Positions 1 to 9,608 of a DNA stretch of 64,000 bases are shown here, piece after piece. The stretch covers positions 2,534,642 through 2,598,641 of the forward strand of contig OZ255622.1 of assembly GCA_965276715.1 (NCBI GenBank). Reading direction: 5' to 3'. This stretch comes from Acetobacteraceae bacterium (GTDB taxonomy: Bacteria > Pseudomonadota > Alphaproteobacteria > Acetobacterales > Acetobacteraceae). The notes beneath the pieces are model-generated. The model was not told where the DNA came from and ran no database searches. It saw nothing but the letters and a program-made list of their open reading frames with translations. A program made the position numbers and the translations under genes. Positions within the stretch are counted from its first letter, which is position 1, and each line of letters begins with the position of its first letter.

Positions 1-1
1 C

Positions 2-487
2 GGCGATGCCGTCGTGGGGCACGCCGACGGCAACGTGACGCTGGTCGAGTTCTACGATCCGCGCTGCCCGTATTGCCGGCGCATGGTGCCGACGATCGAC
101 CAGGCGGCGGCAGCCGACCCGAAATTGCGCGTGGTGCTCAAGGTGATCCCGATCCTGGGGCCGCAGAGCGTCCTGGAGTCGCGCGCGATCGTCGCGGCCG
201 GCCGGCAAGGCGGCTATGTCGGGATGCAGGAGGCGCTGATGCGCGAGCAGTCGCCGGCGACGGCCGATACGATCGCGTCGATCGCGCGCGGCTTGCGGCT
301 CGACCCGGCGCGTCTCGCGCGCGACATGCAGGATCCGGCGGTTCTGGGCCACTTGAACGACAATGTGGCGCTCGCGAAGGCGCTCCATATCGACGGGACG
401 CCGGCGCTGGTGATCGGCGACCAGCTCATCTCAGGCGCGCTGGACATGGCGGACCTGCGCAGGGCCGTCTCGGACGCACGCGGATAG
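2..487 (+). CDS. DsbA-family thiol:disulfide oxidoreductase (5' end outside window)
   Basis: ORF is open to the window edge. It has a thioredoxin-fold CPYC active site (FYDPRCPYCRRMVP) and a DsbA-like HIDGTPALVIG segment. Confidence 0.7.
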   Translation, partial: GDAVVGHADGNVTLVEFYDPRCPYCRRMVPTIDQAAAADPKLRVVLKVIPILGPQSVLESRAIVAAGRQGGYVGMQEALMREQSPATADTIASIARGLRLDPARLARDMQDPAVLGHLNDNVALAKALHIDGTPALVIGDQLISGALDMADLRRAVSDARG

Positions 488-514
488 AGCCGGGTCGGTC
501 GGCTCCCCCGGCCG

Positions 515-2029
515 TCAGTTGAACGCGATCGGCTTGTCGGGAAGCGGGACGGCGTTGAAGGCGGCGCCGCAGGTTTGCGACTCGGCAAACTGGAGGTCGA
601 AGACGACCTTGTTGTTTGCCCCGATTCCTTGCAGTTCCGCGGTGGTTTCGTTGTTCGCGGTGGTGAAGTCGATCAGGTAACTGTTCCGGGATGCCTGGTA
701 GAAGCTGCCGCAGAACGGGGCGTAGATCGCGGGCCTCGGGGTGTAGTTGATGATTTCGGTCGCCGTCATCGCCTTGGTGTCGATCTTGTAGCTGCGCCCG
801 GCGCTGAACCCGCGATTGATGCCGGCGGGGACCTGGAAGGTGCTCGCCGTCCCGTCATCGAACAGCATGAGATTGCCCGACAGATCGATCGAGACGGCGT
901 GCTGGCCGATCGGCGGCAGCGTGTCGGGTCCGAGCTGGAGGGTGTATTTCGCGAGCGAGGGAAAGGAGTGCCATTTCTTGGTGGTGTCGCCGAGGATCCA
1001 GTGGATTTTCCTCACGCCAGCCGCCGGCGTGTCGTAGTCGACGGCGATGACGAAGTTCTCCCGGCTCGAGAAGATCTCGGTGTTGTCGGCGGGATTGTAG
1101 GTCGACGCGTTCATATGGAACCAGTCGACGCCGACCGGCTCGACGAAGTCGTTCGGATTGTCGCCGTCGGCGGCCATCGCCGAGCCGATGATGTGCCCAA
1201 GGTCCCAGGCTTGCAGGATCGCGCCGTTCGCCGGATTGAACTCCACCGCGACGCCTTCCGTCTCGGCGGTGGTGTTGACGTCGACGACGATGCCGTTACG
1301 CCCGGGATCCATGTTGTGGTGGTCGGTCGTGGTCACGCCGTTGGCGGCGTAGTCGACGAGTTTGGTCGTCTGTCCGGTCAGGTCGATGCGGTTGATGCCG
1401 GTCTTGCCGTCGCTCGCATAGATGGCGTTGTTGTAGAAGATGGAGGCGATCGAACCGGCGTCGGCGGTGCCGACCCAGCGCAGGTGGCCGTCGGTGTCGA
1501 CGATCGCGGGAGAGTTCGCACTGCAGGAATCCTTCATCAGGAAGTAGTCGAACCCGATCTCGGCGACCTTGGTCCTGTTCTGCCGCAGGGTCGGCGCATT
1601 GATCGGGGCGCACGGATCCATGTAGGCGGCGGTGGTCACCGGCTTGAAGGCGAAGGCGTTCGAACCGTCGGTGAACGAGTAGAGGAGTGCGACGATGTTG
1701 TTCGAGCCGGCATAGAGGCCCCAGACCGGGACCGTGACGTTGCTGCCCGCGACGTCGCCGTGCGACGACAGGTAGGCGGCCGAGTAGCTGGCGGCGAGCG
1801 GCGCGACGAAGGAATTCGGCTTGGACAGGATGGCGTAGGTGACGGAGGCGAGCGGCGCGCCGCTCAGCGTCGCGGTGATCTCGGAGATGAAGGGTGTGGG
1901 TCCGGGAGTGGCGGCGCCGACATCGGCGTGCCCGGCGGCGAGGGCCGCGGATGGCAAGAGCAACGCGCATCCGGATGCGACCCGACGAATGAACCCGGTC
2001 TGTCCCGCGAAGCGTCGGCCGAACACCAT
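515..2029 (-). CDS. secreted arylsulfotransferase (ASST)-family beta-propeller protein
   Basis: 504-aa ORF with an N-terminal signal peptide. The DHHNMDP and DWFHMNASTYN motifs resemble the ASST family as I recall it. No search was run. Confidence 0.5.
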   Translation of the reverse strand: MVFGRRFAGQTGFIRRVASGCALLLPSAALAAGHADVGAATPGPTPFISEITATLSGAPLASVTYAILSKPNSFVAPLAASYSAAYLSSHGDVAGSNVTVPVWGLYAGSNNIVALLYSFTDGSNAFAFKPVTTAAYMDPCAPINAPTLRQNRTKVAEIGFDYFLMKDSCSANSPAIVDTDGHLRWVGTADAGSIASIFYNNAIYASDGKTGINRIDLTGQTTKLVDYAANGVTTTDHHNMDPGRNGIVVDVNTTAETEGVAVEFNPANGAILQAWDLGHIIGSAMAADGDNPNDFVEPVGVDWFHMNASTYNPADNTEIFSSRENFVIAVDYDTPAAGVRKIHWILGDTTKKWHSFPSLAKYTLQLGPDTLPPIGQHAVSIDLSGNLMLFDDGTASTFQVPAGINRGFSAGRSYKIDTKAMTATEIINYTPRPAIYAPFCGSFYQASRNSYLIDFTTANNETTAELQGIGANNKVVFDLQFAESQTCGAAFNAVPLPDKPIAFN

Positions 2030-2077
2030 CTGACGGTCCCCCTTTTGATCATAATGACGATATCGTTGCTCGACCGT

Positions 2078-2383
2078 CTACCGGGAAAAGACCTGCCGAT
2101 CCTTGTTGTCGCGCATCAGCATCGAGAAGCTCGGGATGCGGTCGAAGCCGAGGCCGCGCGGTGTTCCCGTCTCCGGATCGGCCTCGATGCGGCCGTAGGT
2201 CTCGCCCGACACCTTCTCCCATTTGCCGGACGGCTTCTTGACCTCGATGTTGACGACGGTCGCCTTGAACACCATCCGGACGATCGCCTCCTTCGGCGCG
2301 GACGGCTTGGTCAGGCACGGGGCGCCCGCGACCATGGTCCAGCCGTTGGCGAGCGCCCACGCGGTGAGTTCGTTCTTATCCAT
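2078..2383 (-). CDS. hypothetical protein (101 aa)
   Basis: Start moved to the internal MDKNELT Met of the 128-aa ORF. Composition looks protein-like and no family was recognised. Confidence 0.4.
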   Translation of the reverse strand: MDKNELTAWALANGWTMVAGAPCLTKPSAPKEAIVRMVFKATVVNIEVKKPSGKWEKVSGETYGRIEADPETGTPRGLGFDRIPSFSMLMRDNKDRQVFSR

Positions 2384-2868
2384 GATGATGTCGTAACGGC
2401 GGCCGGCCGTTCGGTCCAGGGGCGAGCCGCCGCGACGATCAAGAGGCGGGACGCCAACGCGCACCGGGCGGGGACGCGCGCTCGGACCGGCAGCCGGCGT
2501 TGTCGCCGGACGCGATCATGCGGGCGGCAAGTCGCGTTCCGACCGGCCAGTCGACGAAGATGATGTCGTTGGCGGCACGCGCGCGGATCGTGGCGATATG
2601 GACGCAGGCCGCGCAGAGCGGGGCCGATGATGCGGAGGAGCCGGTGGCAACCCTTGCGCAGGAGCATCGTTCTATGATCGTCATGACATACGGTTGCGCC
2701 TATGATGACGGCAACGCAACAAGACTCCGATCACAAAGACGTTAGAAGATGTCAGCGCCGGGTCGCCGCATCACAAGGGATTCTTTTCGTTACAATGGGA
2801 AACTCTGACAAAATGCGTTAGACGTGGGATGGTTCCGCATGCGCAAGATGATGTCGAAACGAGACAGC

Positions 2869-3165
2869 ATGGTTCATCGGATCGTGGACGCGCGTTGGGT
2901 GGCGCCGCCCGGCGTCGAGGCCCACCGTCATCTCGCCCTGATCAGACATGCCGAGCGGCTGTTCTCGTTCTCGGATCTGCTGGCCTGCACGCCGCCGGAC
3001 GAGATCGATCCCGGCCTGGCCGCCGGCCACGTCAAGCCGCAGGAATGGTGGGACGATCTGGCCTCGCGCCGGCCGAAGGTCGCCGACCGCATTGCCGCGA
3101 GATGTCATCCACAGGATTTCGGCGTGCTCGATCTGTATGCCATGGACGTTAGCGGATCGGCCTAG
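2869..3165 (+). CDS. conserved hypothetical 98-aa protein, paralogue of 14058-14354
   Basis: From MVHRIVDARWVAPPG it aligns end to end (about 50% identity, same length) with the 14058-14354 product. Shared blocks are LALI.H..RLFS.SDL, PQEWWD, DF.VLDLYAM and a GSA C-terminus. Confidence 0.6.
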   Translation: MVHRIVDARWVAPPGVEAHRHLALIRHAERLFSFSDLLACTPPDEIDPGLAAGHVKPQEWWDDLASRRPKVADRIAARCHPQDFGVLDLYAMDVSGSA

Positions 3166-3234
3166 TGGTCCGATCCTGACGCTCGCTATCCGAGCGTCAG
3201 GTGTATCGGCCCACCAGAACAGAGGGTTGTGGGC

Positions 3235-3266
3235 AAATCTGACGGTTCCTTCCGTCAGATTTTGTC
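3235..3266 (+). terminator. intrinsic terminator-like hairpin
   Basis: 11-bp stem aaatctgacgg/ccgtcagattt with a 6-nt loop, running into TTTT. A second 11-bp hairpin lies at 3175-3201. Confidence 0.45.
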
Positions 3267-3370
3267 CACTAGGGCCGCGGCTGACGCCATCGAGCGGCGT
3301 GTGATACAGCAAGGCACGACTTCGCGCGGGTGATATAGCAGGGCGCGCCTCAGGCGCGGACGCCTGAAGG

Positions 3371-4294
3371 ATGAGACGCATGAAAGCCAACTCCGTCCTC
3401 GATACGATCGGCGGCACGCCACATATCCGCTTTGCGCGGATGTTTCCGGCAGCCGGCGTGTGGATCAAGTCGGAACGCGCCAATCCCGGCGGCTCGATCA
3501 AGGACCGGATCGCGCTGGCGATGATCGAGGCGGCCGAGGAGAGCGGCGCGCTCCAGCCGGGCGGGACGATCATCGAGCCGACGTCGGGCAACACCGGCAT
3601 CGGGCTTGCGATGGTGGCCGCCGTGAAGGGCTACAGGCTCGTCCTGGTGATGCCGGAGTCGATGTCGGTGGAACGGCGCCGGCTGATGCAGGCCTATGGC
3701 GCCACGTTCGACCTGACGCCGAAGGAGCGCGGCATGAAGGGAGCGATCGAACGCGCGGCCGAGCTCGCCTCGCAGACCCCGGGCTCCTGGATCCCGCAGC
3801 AGTTCGAGAACCCGGCCAACATCACAATCCATGCCCGGACGACCGCGCGCGAGATCGCCGACGATTTTCCGGACGGCGTCGACGCGATGATCACCGGGGT
3901 GGGCACCGGCGGACACATCACCGGGTGCGCCGAGATGCTCAAGCAGCGTTGGCCCGCGATGCGGGCGTTTGCGGTGGAGCCCGCGCAGTCGCCGGTGATT
4001 TCGGGCGGCAAGCCGTCGCCGCATCCGATCCAGGGCATCGGCGCCGGGTTCGTGCCGGCCAACCTGCACGTGGCGGTTCTCGACGGGGTGATCCAGGTCG
4101 AGGCCGAGGAGGCGCGCGAGTTCGCCCGTCGATCGGCCCGCGAAGAGGGCGTGCTGGTCGGGATCTCGTCGGGGGCGACGCTGGCGGCGATCGCCAAGAA
4201 GCTGCCTGAGCTCGAGGCCGGCGCCACGGTGTTGGGTTTCAATTACGACACCGGCGAGCGCTATCTGTCGGTGCCGGATTTCCTGCCGGCGTGA
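3371..4294 (+). CDS. cysK: cysteine synthase A (O-acetylserine sulfhydrylase)
   Basis: NPGGSIKDR and [13 protein letters not shown]-enzyme motifs, with full-length similarity to CysK. Confidence 0.9.
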   Translation: MRRMKANSVLDTIGGTPHIRFARMFPAAGVWIKSERANPGGSIKDRIALAMIEAAEESGALQPGGTIIEPTSGNTGIGLAMVAAVKGYRLVLVMPESMSVERRRLMQAYGATFDLTPKERGMKGAIERAAELASQTPGSWIPQQFENPANITIHARTTAREIADDFPDGVDAMITGVGTGGHITGCAEMLKQRWPAMRAFAVEPAQSPVISGGKPSPHPIQGIGAGFVPANLHVAVLDGVIQVEAEEAREFARRSAREEGVLVGISSGATLAAIAKKLPELEAGATVLGFNYDTGERYLSVPDFLPA

Positions 4295-4307
4295 TCGAAG
4301 GCGCGGC

Positions 4308-4358
4308 TGGTGCCGACAGTCGGAATCTAACCGAGGACCTACTGATTAAGAATTCGCT
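4308..4358 (-). repeat. degenerate copy of the 3' half of tRNA-Thr (att-like direct repeat)
   Basis: 43 of 51 nt match 5720-5770 in the same orientation. This includes a perfect 20-mer aaccgaggacctactgatta and an 11-mer tggtgccgaca. Confidence 0.7.
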
Positions 4359-4632
4359 GGATCGGCATATCTGGCGGTTTCGATGCGTTTCGGGGCAACT
4401 CCGGACATCTTCCGAATTCGCTGTTTGCAATCGAAAACGAGAAAACCGCAGACGCGATCACCTTCTCGAAGACGAATTGGAGAGAGGTTGGCGATCACGG
4501 CAGACCAAGCCGCACCCGAGCCTCGGCCCGGCCCCAGTTACCGCCCCCCGCTTCTGAACGCTCGATTTCAATCATGTGGCGCGACACGACGACGTTATGC
4601 AACGATCCGACGGTCAGAGACGTGAGGTTCGT

Positions 4633-5261
4633 ATGCTGCTGCAAACGGAGTGGGCCGCGAGGATCGGCCTTAACCCTAGCCTCATGACCGGTGATCCGGA
4701 TCAAGCCCGCGCAATCGGCGCCGTAGTCTCTTGGCGTTGGCTTCCCCCCGGCCTGCGGAATGCCTGGTGCATGCAGTTCATGTCCTCCGGCCGTGGCTAC
4801 CCCTCTCAGCCTCGACCGCGTTTTGGCGAGAGCTTGAGAATAAGCGCGCCGGGTTGTTCGGCAGCGGCACGTCTACCGCCGTAGATCCTCTGATCGCGTA
4901 CCGACACCCGTGGTGTCTCTCGAACAGGGAATTCGCGGAGGCACAGGCCCGCATCAACGATGGCAGTGCGCCAAACACGCTCGATGACGACAGGATGAGG
5001 ATCAGCACGCTCGCAAAATGGATCGCGCCGCTGTTCTCGATCGCCGGGCCTGCGGCTGCCGCAACCGGCGTTCTCGCTGCTCCAACGGCAGTTGCCGCCG
5101 GGCTCTTCGGGATGGCTGCAGGCGCCGATGCACTCGGCGAGATGCTCGGCGACTGGCTCGAATCTGAAGCGTTCAAGCGACAGATACCGAGCCTGCGGGG
5201 AATGTATGAGCGTGAAAGCAACTACAGAAGCGTCGAACTCCGCCAGCCGCTGGCTGCCTGA
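4633..5261 (+). pseudogene. frameshifted paralogue of the 57500-58132 HPWC-motif protein
   Basis: The N-terminal part (MLLQTEWAARIGLNPSL...) is in frame 1 and the C-terminal part (..AFWRELENKRAG..HPWCLSN..) is in frame 0. The frames switch at the C4 run 4800-4803, and one extra C would restore GYPLSASTAFW. Confidence 0.65.
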
Positions 5262-5496
5262 TCCGGCACGCTGGCTTCTCTTGGGTGGGATGTTCCTCGG
5301 CGGTGGCGTCGGAGGATTGGTTGAGCACATTTCACACGCGGGCGGCGGTGGTCTATCGATCGCGGGCGGTCTAGTCACGGGGGCGACGGTGTTTTATCCG
5401 GCGGCGACATCCGCTAAGTGGGTGGCGGGCGTAGCGGGCGTTGTCATGATCGCCATAGGCTGCGGATACTTGTTCTTGAGCGTTCACTCCATCTGA
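5206..5496 (+). CDS. small Gly-rich multi-TM membrane protein (partner of the preceding gene)
   Basis: 96 aa with about 3 hydrophobic segments. Its position and topology match 57268-57528. It overlaps the 3' end of the upstream gene. Confidence 0.5.
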   Translation: MSVKATTEASNSASRWLPDPARWLLLGGMFLGGGVGGLVEHISHAGGGGLSIAGGLVTGATVFYPAATSAKWVAGVAGVVMIAIGCGYLFLSVHSI

Positions 5497-5719
5497 AAGC
5501 CTGCGAATCATCGACCGCTCGCGCTGACGGCAAAGATGCCAGGGTGCGCACTCCGGTCAACCCCGGTGGGTCCTTGCAATGCTCGGCGCAGACGCCTGCG
5601 CGTGGCTTCGGTCCCGGCCTGCTGCCGCCGGTTGGTGTCCGACGGGTATCCAAGCGGCGCCCCGAATGCTGACACCCGGACACCAAGGGCGCTCAACCCA
5701 TTGGCCTGACTGAAGGAAT

Positions 5720-5794
<75 letters not shown>

Positions 5795-5983
5795 GCCTGA
5801 CCGGCGGCGGGCAGGTTCGGGCGCGTCTTACCCGGCCGCGCGAGGAACCGCAACCGAGACGCCCCGTTGACCGGCGCGGCGCCAGGCCGCATGTCCGAGC
5901 GTTGACGAGACTGGAGACGACGCATCCTTGCCAACACTCCGCGGCCCGCCGGCGCGGGCGGCGATCATCAGGCGACGCACCGC

Positions 5984-7288
5984 GTGGTCGAGGGGCTGCG
6001 GGAATGTCCCGACTGCGGCCTGTTCCAGGTGGTTCCGGACAGCGCGCCGGGCGAGACGATCCGCTGCGCGCGCTGCGCGAGCTGGCTCCGCCGGCACCGC
6101 GCGGACCCCACGAGCCTGGCGCTGTCGCTCAACGTGACCTCGCTGGTGCTGTATCTGGTCGTGCTGTCCCTGCCGCTGATGACGCTCGATCTGCTGGGCC
6201 GGCTGCACACGGTCAACGTGCTCACCGGCCCCATGGCGCTCTGGGCCGACCAGGGCGGCCTGGCGCTGGTGGGATCGCTGGTGCTGTTCGCGACCGTGCT
6301 GATGCCCGGCGTGGTGATCGGGCTCAATCTCGTGGTGCTGGCGGGCGCGCGTCGCCCGGTCAGTCCGCGCCATCTGCCGCGGCTGATGCGCATGCGGAAA
6401 TACCTGCGACCCTGGTCCATGGTCGAGGTCTACATGCTCGGCGTGTTCGTGGCCTACACCAAGCTCGTCGATCTGGCCCATGTCGATCTGGGGCCGTCCA
6501 TCTTCGCGCTGGCCGCGATCATGGTGCTGATGATCGGCGCCGACGGCGCCTTCGACACCGAAGCGATCTGGGACAAGATCCAGGCCGAGCGGCGGACGGG
6601 TCCGGGGTCGGCGACGTGCGCGGCGGACGAGGGCCTGGCCGACACGCGGCGGCTGATCGCATGCCACAGTTGCGAACTCGTGGTGCAGGCGGCGCGCGGT
6701 CCTGACCCGCATTCCTGTCCGCGCTGCGCCGCGGCGCTGCACCGGCGCGAGCCCAACAGCCTGCAGCGGACGATGGCCTTCCTGCTGGCGTCCGCGATCC
6801 TGTATGTGCCGGCGAACCTGCTGCCGGTGCTGACACTGACCCGGTTCGGCCGCGGCGAGCCGAGCACCATCCTCGCCGGCGTGGAGGAGCTCTACAAGAG
6901 CAACATGCTGCCGCTGGCGCTCCTGGTGTTCGTGGCCAGCATCTGCGTGCCGTGCCTGAAGGTGGTCGGGCTCACGGTGATGGTGGTGATGACGCGGCTT
7001 CGGGCCAGCGCCGGCCTGATCGACCGGACGCGCCTGTTCCGGGTGATCGACTTCATCGGACGCTGGTCGATGATCGATGTGTTCATGATCTCGATCCTGG
7101 TCGCGATCGTGCATTTCGGCTTCCTCGCCAACGTCACGGCCAATCCGGGGATCGTGGCGTTCGCTCTCGTGGTGGTGCTGACGATCTTCGCCGCCGAGGC
7201 GTTCGATCCGAGGCTGATGTGGGACGCGGCCGCGGGACGACAGCGTGAACGCCCGCGGATGGTCGCCGACGCGCGGGCCGCGGAGTGA
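5984..7288 (+). CDS. pqiA: paraquat-inducible protein A (two PqiA repeats)
   Basis: Two Cys-pair modules (CPDCG...CARC and CHSCE...CPRC), each followed by TM segments. GTG start. Confidence 0.85.
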   Translation: MVEGLRECPDCGLFQVVPDSAPGETIRCARCASWLRRHRADPTSLALSLNVTSLVLYLVVLSLPLMTLDLLGRLHTVNVLTGPMALWADQGGLALVGSLVLFATVLMPGVVIGLNLVVLAGARRPVSPRHLPRLMRMRKYLRPWSMVEVYMLGVFVAYTKLVDLAHVDLGPSIFALAAIMVLMIGADGAFDTEAIWDKIQAERRTGPGSATCAADEGLADTRRLIACHSCELVVQAARGPDPHSCPRCAAALHRREPNSLQRTMAFLLASAILYVPANLLPVLTLTRFGRGEPSTILAGVEELYKSNMLPLALLVFVASICVPCLKVVGLTVMVVMTRLRASAGLIDRTRLFRVIDFIGRWSMIDVFMISILVAIVHFGFLANVTANPGIVAFALVVVLTIFAAEAFDPRLMWDAAAGRQRERPRMVADARAAE

Positions 7289-8979
7289 GCGGCCGCTCGG
7301 ACGACGGCCAGGACGAAGCCCCGAGGCCGGTCGCTTCCGTCAGGCGCGCGCGGTTTTCCGCGATCTGGACCATCCCGATCATCGCGCTGATCATCGCGAT
7401 CTTCCTGGGCTACCGAACGATCACGTCGAGCGGCGCCCTGATCACGATCAGCTTCGAATCGGCCGAAGGCCTGACCGCTGGGCAGACGCAGGTCAAGCAC
7501 AAGAACGTGGCCCTCGGCACCGTCGAGGCGATCAGGCTGACGCATGACCTGCGCGAGGTGCTGGTCAACGTGCGGATGACGCGCGAGGCGAACCGGATCC
7601 TCAACGACAAGACCCGCTTCTGGGTGGTCCGGCCGCGGCTGTCGGGCTCGAACATCAGCGGGCTCGAGACGCTGGTGTCGGGCGCCTACATCGCCGTCGA
7701 CCCGGCGCCCGAGGGCAACCCGACGAAGGAGTTCGACGGGCTGGAATCGCCGCCCGGCGTCCGGTCCGACGAGCCGGGACGCACCTACACGCTGATGACG
7801 GGCAACGTGAACTCGATCGGCGAGGGCTCGCCGGTGTTCTTCCGCGGCATCACGGTGGGCGAGGTGCTGGGCTACAAGATCCCGCCGTCGGGGCGCGGGC
7901 CGATCCCGGTGCAGGTGTTCGTCCGCGAGCCGTACGATCATTTCGTCCGGGTCGACACGCGATTCTGGAACGATTCGGGTGTCGAGGTTAATCTCGGCGG
8001 CGGCGGCCTAAAGGTGCAGGTCGAGTCGCTGCAGGCGGTGCTGTCGGGCGGCGTCGGGTACGGGATCAGCGAGGAGCGTCGCGGCCTGGATGTGCCGGAG
8101 GCGCCGGACGAGGCGGTCTACAAGCTCTACGACACGCGGGCCGACGCCGACTCGGCTGGCTATCACCGGCGCATCCCGTTCGTGACCTACCTGCAGAACT
8201 CGGTCAAGGGCCTGGAGGTCGGCAGCGAGGTCGACCTCTATGGCATCCAGATCGGCAACGTGACGGACGTGAAGCTCCAGCTCGACCGGTCGGGAACGGC
8301 GCGGGTGCGGGTGGCGATGGAGGTGCAGCCCGAGCGCGTGTTCGCCGGCGACGAGCTGCACGGCGAGACGGCCTCCGGCTTCACGCGCAAGCTGGTCGCC
8401 AACGGCATGCGGGCGCAGTTGAGCTCGGCGAGCTTCATCACCGGCGCCTCGCTGATCAGCTTCGAGTTCGTGCCCAACGCCAAGCCCGCCGACATCAGCA
8501 TCGAGGGCGACGCGATCGTCCTGCCGAGCGAGAAGGGCGGCCTGTCGGGCATCACCGACAGCCTGAGCGATGTCGCGGCCAAGCTCGACAGCCTGCCGCT
8601 GACCGAGATCGCCTCGCATCTCGACGATGTGCTGGCGGGCGCGGGCCGGACGGTCAACGACCCCGACCTCAGGCAGGCGATCCACCAGCTCTCGGGCACG
8701 CTCGCCAGCATCCATGGCCTGGCCGACCACGCCAATCATGGCCTGACGCCGTTGCTGCGCGAGCTACCGGCGATGTCGGACCAGTTGCAGCAGACGTTGC
8801 GTCACGCCAACACGCTGCTCGCGAGCTACAACGGCGATTCGGATTTCGGCAGCAACCTGAACGCGCTGATGGGCCAGTTGTCGGACATGGCGCGCTCGCT
8901 GCGCCTGCTGTCGGATTACCTGCAGCGGCATCCGAACTCGCTGATCTTCGGGCGAAGCGCGCCGGGCCGGCACGAGTGA
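7285..8979 (+). CDS. pqiB: intermembrane transport protein PqiB (multi-MCE/MlaD)
   Basis: N-terminal TM followed by repeated MCE domains. The GTGA start/stop overlaps pqiA. Confidence 0.85.
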   Translation: MSGRSDDGQDEAPRPVASVRRARFSAIWTIPIIALIIAIFLGYRTITSSGALITISFESAEGLTAGQTQVKHKNVALGTVEAIRLTHDLREVLVNVRMTREANRILNDKTRFWVVRPRLSGSNISGLETLVSGAYIAVDPAPEGNPTKEFDGLESPPGVRSDEPGRTYTLMTGNVNSIGEGSPVFFRGITVGEVLGYKIPPSGRGPIPVQVFVREPYDHFVRVDTRFWNDSGVEVNLGGGGLKVQVESLQAVLSGGVGYGISEERRGLDVPEAPDEAVYKLYDTRADADSAGYHRRIPFVTYLQNSVKGLEVGSEVDLYGIQIGNVTDVKLQLDRSGTARVRVAMEVQPERVFAGDELHGETASGFTRKLVANGMRAQLSSASFITGASLISFEFVPNAKPADISIEGDAIVLPSEKGGLSGITDSLSDVAAKLDSLPLTEIASHLDDVLAGAGRTVNDPDLRQAIHQLSGTLASIHGLADHANHGLTPLLRELPAMSDQLQQTLRHANTLLASYNGDSDFGSNLNALMGQLSDMARSLRLLSDYLQRHPNSLIFGRSAPGRHE

Positions 8980-9608
8980 GCGAGGGGAGGGGACGATTGG
9001 GCGACGTGACACGGCGCGGCGTGCTGGGTCTGCCGCTGCTGGCACTCCCGGCGCTCGCGGGCTGCGGCAGCGGCGATCCGACCTATTTCACCCTCGAGAC
9101 GTCGCCCGGCGCGGTCCGGCGCGGCGGCCCGTCGCCGATCGAGGTGCGGACGCCGAGCGTCGCCGCGTTCCTCGACCGCGACTACATCGTGCAGAGCACG
9201 CAGGGCTACCGGCTCAAGCTCGCCGGCAACGACGCATGGGCGGAAGCGATCGCCGACATGATCGCGCGCGTGCTGACGTCCGACCTGTCGCAGAGGCTGC
9301 CGGACGCAACGGTGTTCCGGGCCGGCACCGCGATCGGCGGAACGCCGTCGGCGATCGTGGCGCTGGTGGTGGACCGGTTCGACGAGGACCAGTCCGGCAC
9401 CGCGGTCGTCCACGCGACGCTCGCCGTCCATCCGGTGGCCGGGGAGGCGGCGAGCGTGCCGGTCGCGTTGTCCGAGGCGCCGGCCGGTTCCGGCACCGCC
9501 TCGCTGGTCGCGGCACTCAGCCATCTGCTGGGGCTGGTGGCGGACCGGGCGGCCGACCGCCTGCTCGCCTTGCCGCCCTCGGGTGCGATGCCGCTCGCCT
9601 CCGGCTGA
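8976..9608 (+). CDS. pqiC: PqiC-like ABC-transport auxiliary lipoprotein (DUF330)
   Basis: Lipobox LAGCGS. The GTGA overlaps the pqiB stop. It occupies the third position of a pqi operon. Confidence 0.75.
   Translation: MSEGRGRLGDVTRRGVLGLPLLALPALAGCGSGDPTYFTLETSPGAVRRGGPSPIEVRTPSVAAFLDRDYIVQSTQGYRLKLAGNDAWAEAIADMIARVLTSDLSQRLPDATVFRAGTAIGGTPSAIVALVVDRFDEDQSGTAVVHATLAVHPVAGEAASVPVALSEAPAGSGTASLVAALSHLLGLVADRAADRLLALPPSGAMPLASG

Noticed and set aside
575-2563. Very long alternate-frame or antisense ORFs throughout the track (for example 575-2563, 5828-7114, 18908-21565, 26045-28384, 27842-30091, 33881-36538, 60205-62415).
   Set aside because: Their translations are Arg/Gly/Ala/Pro-rich and low in complexity. 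They lie opposite or out of frame to genes with clear conserved motifs. This is the expected stop-codon-poor artefact of roughly 70% GC DNA.
2439-2745. A pair of mutually antisense small ORFs (2439-2684 on the minus strand, 81 aa; 2500-2745 on the plus strand, 81 aa) in the accessory patch upstream of the first 98-aa paralogue.
   Set aside because: The third codon positions of the two frames coincide, so GC3 cannot discriminate between them. The position-1 versus position-2 GC difference is marginal (65% versus 58%, slightly favouring the plus frame). No motif was recognised, so I cannot support either call.
3165-3269. A possible 105-bp TA-flanked miniature element (MITE-like). It is bounded by cTAgtggtcc and gtccacTAg, contains two 11-bp hairpins, and its ends vaguely resemble the IS630 termini.
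   Set aside because: The terminal repeats are only about 6 bp. The CTAG sites may be coincidental. The hairpins are adequately explained as terminators of the upstream gene. No second copy was seen in the window.
5497-5719. Search for an integrase remnant between module copy 1 and tRNA-Thr. A minus-frame peptide PLGYPSDTNRR loosely resembles the LGH.S...T..Y motif.
   Set aside because: The match is a single weak 6-residue resemblance with no R..HDLRH or other tyrosine-recombinase boxes, and the frame continues implausibly.
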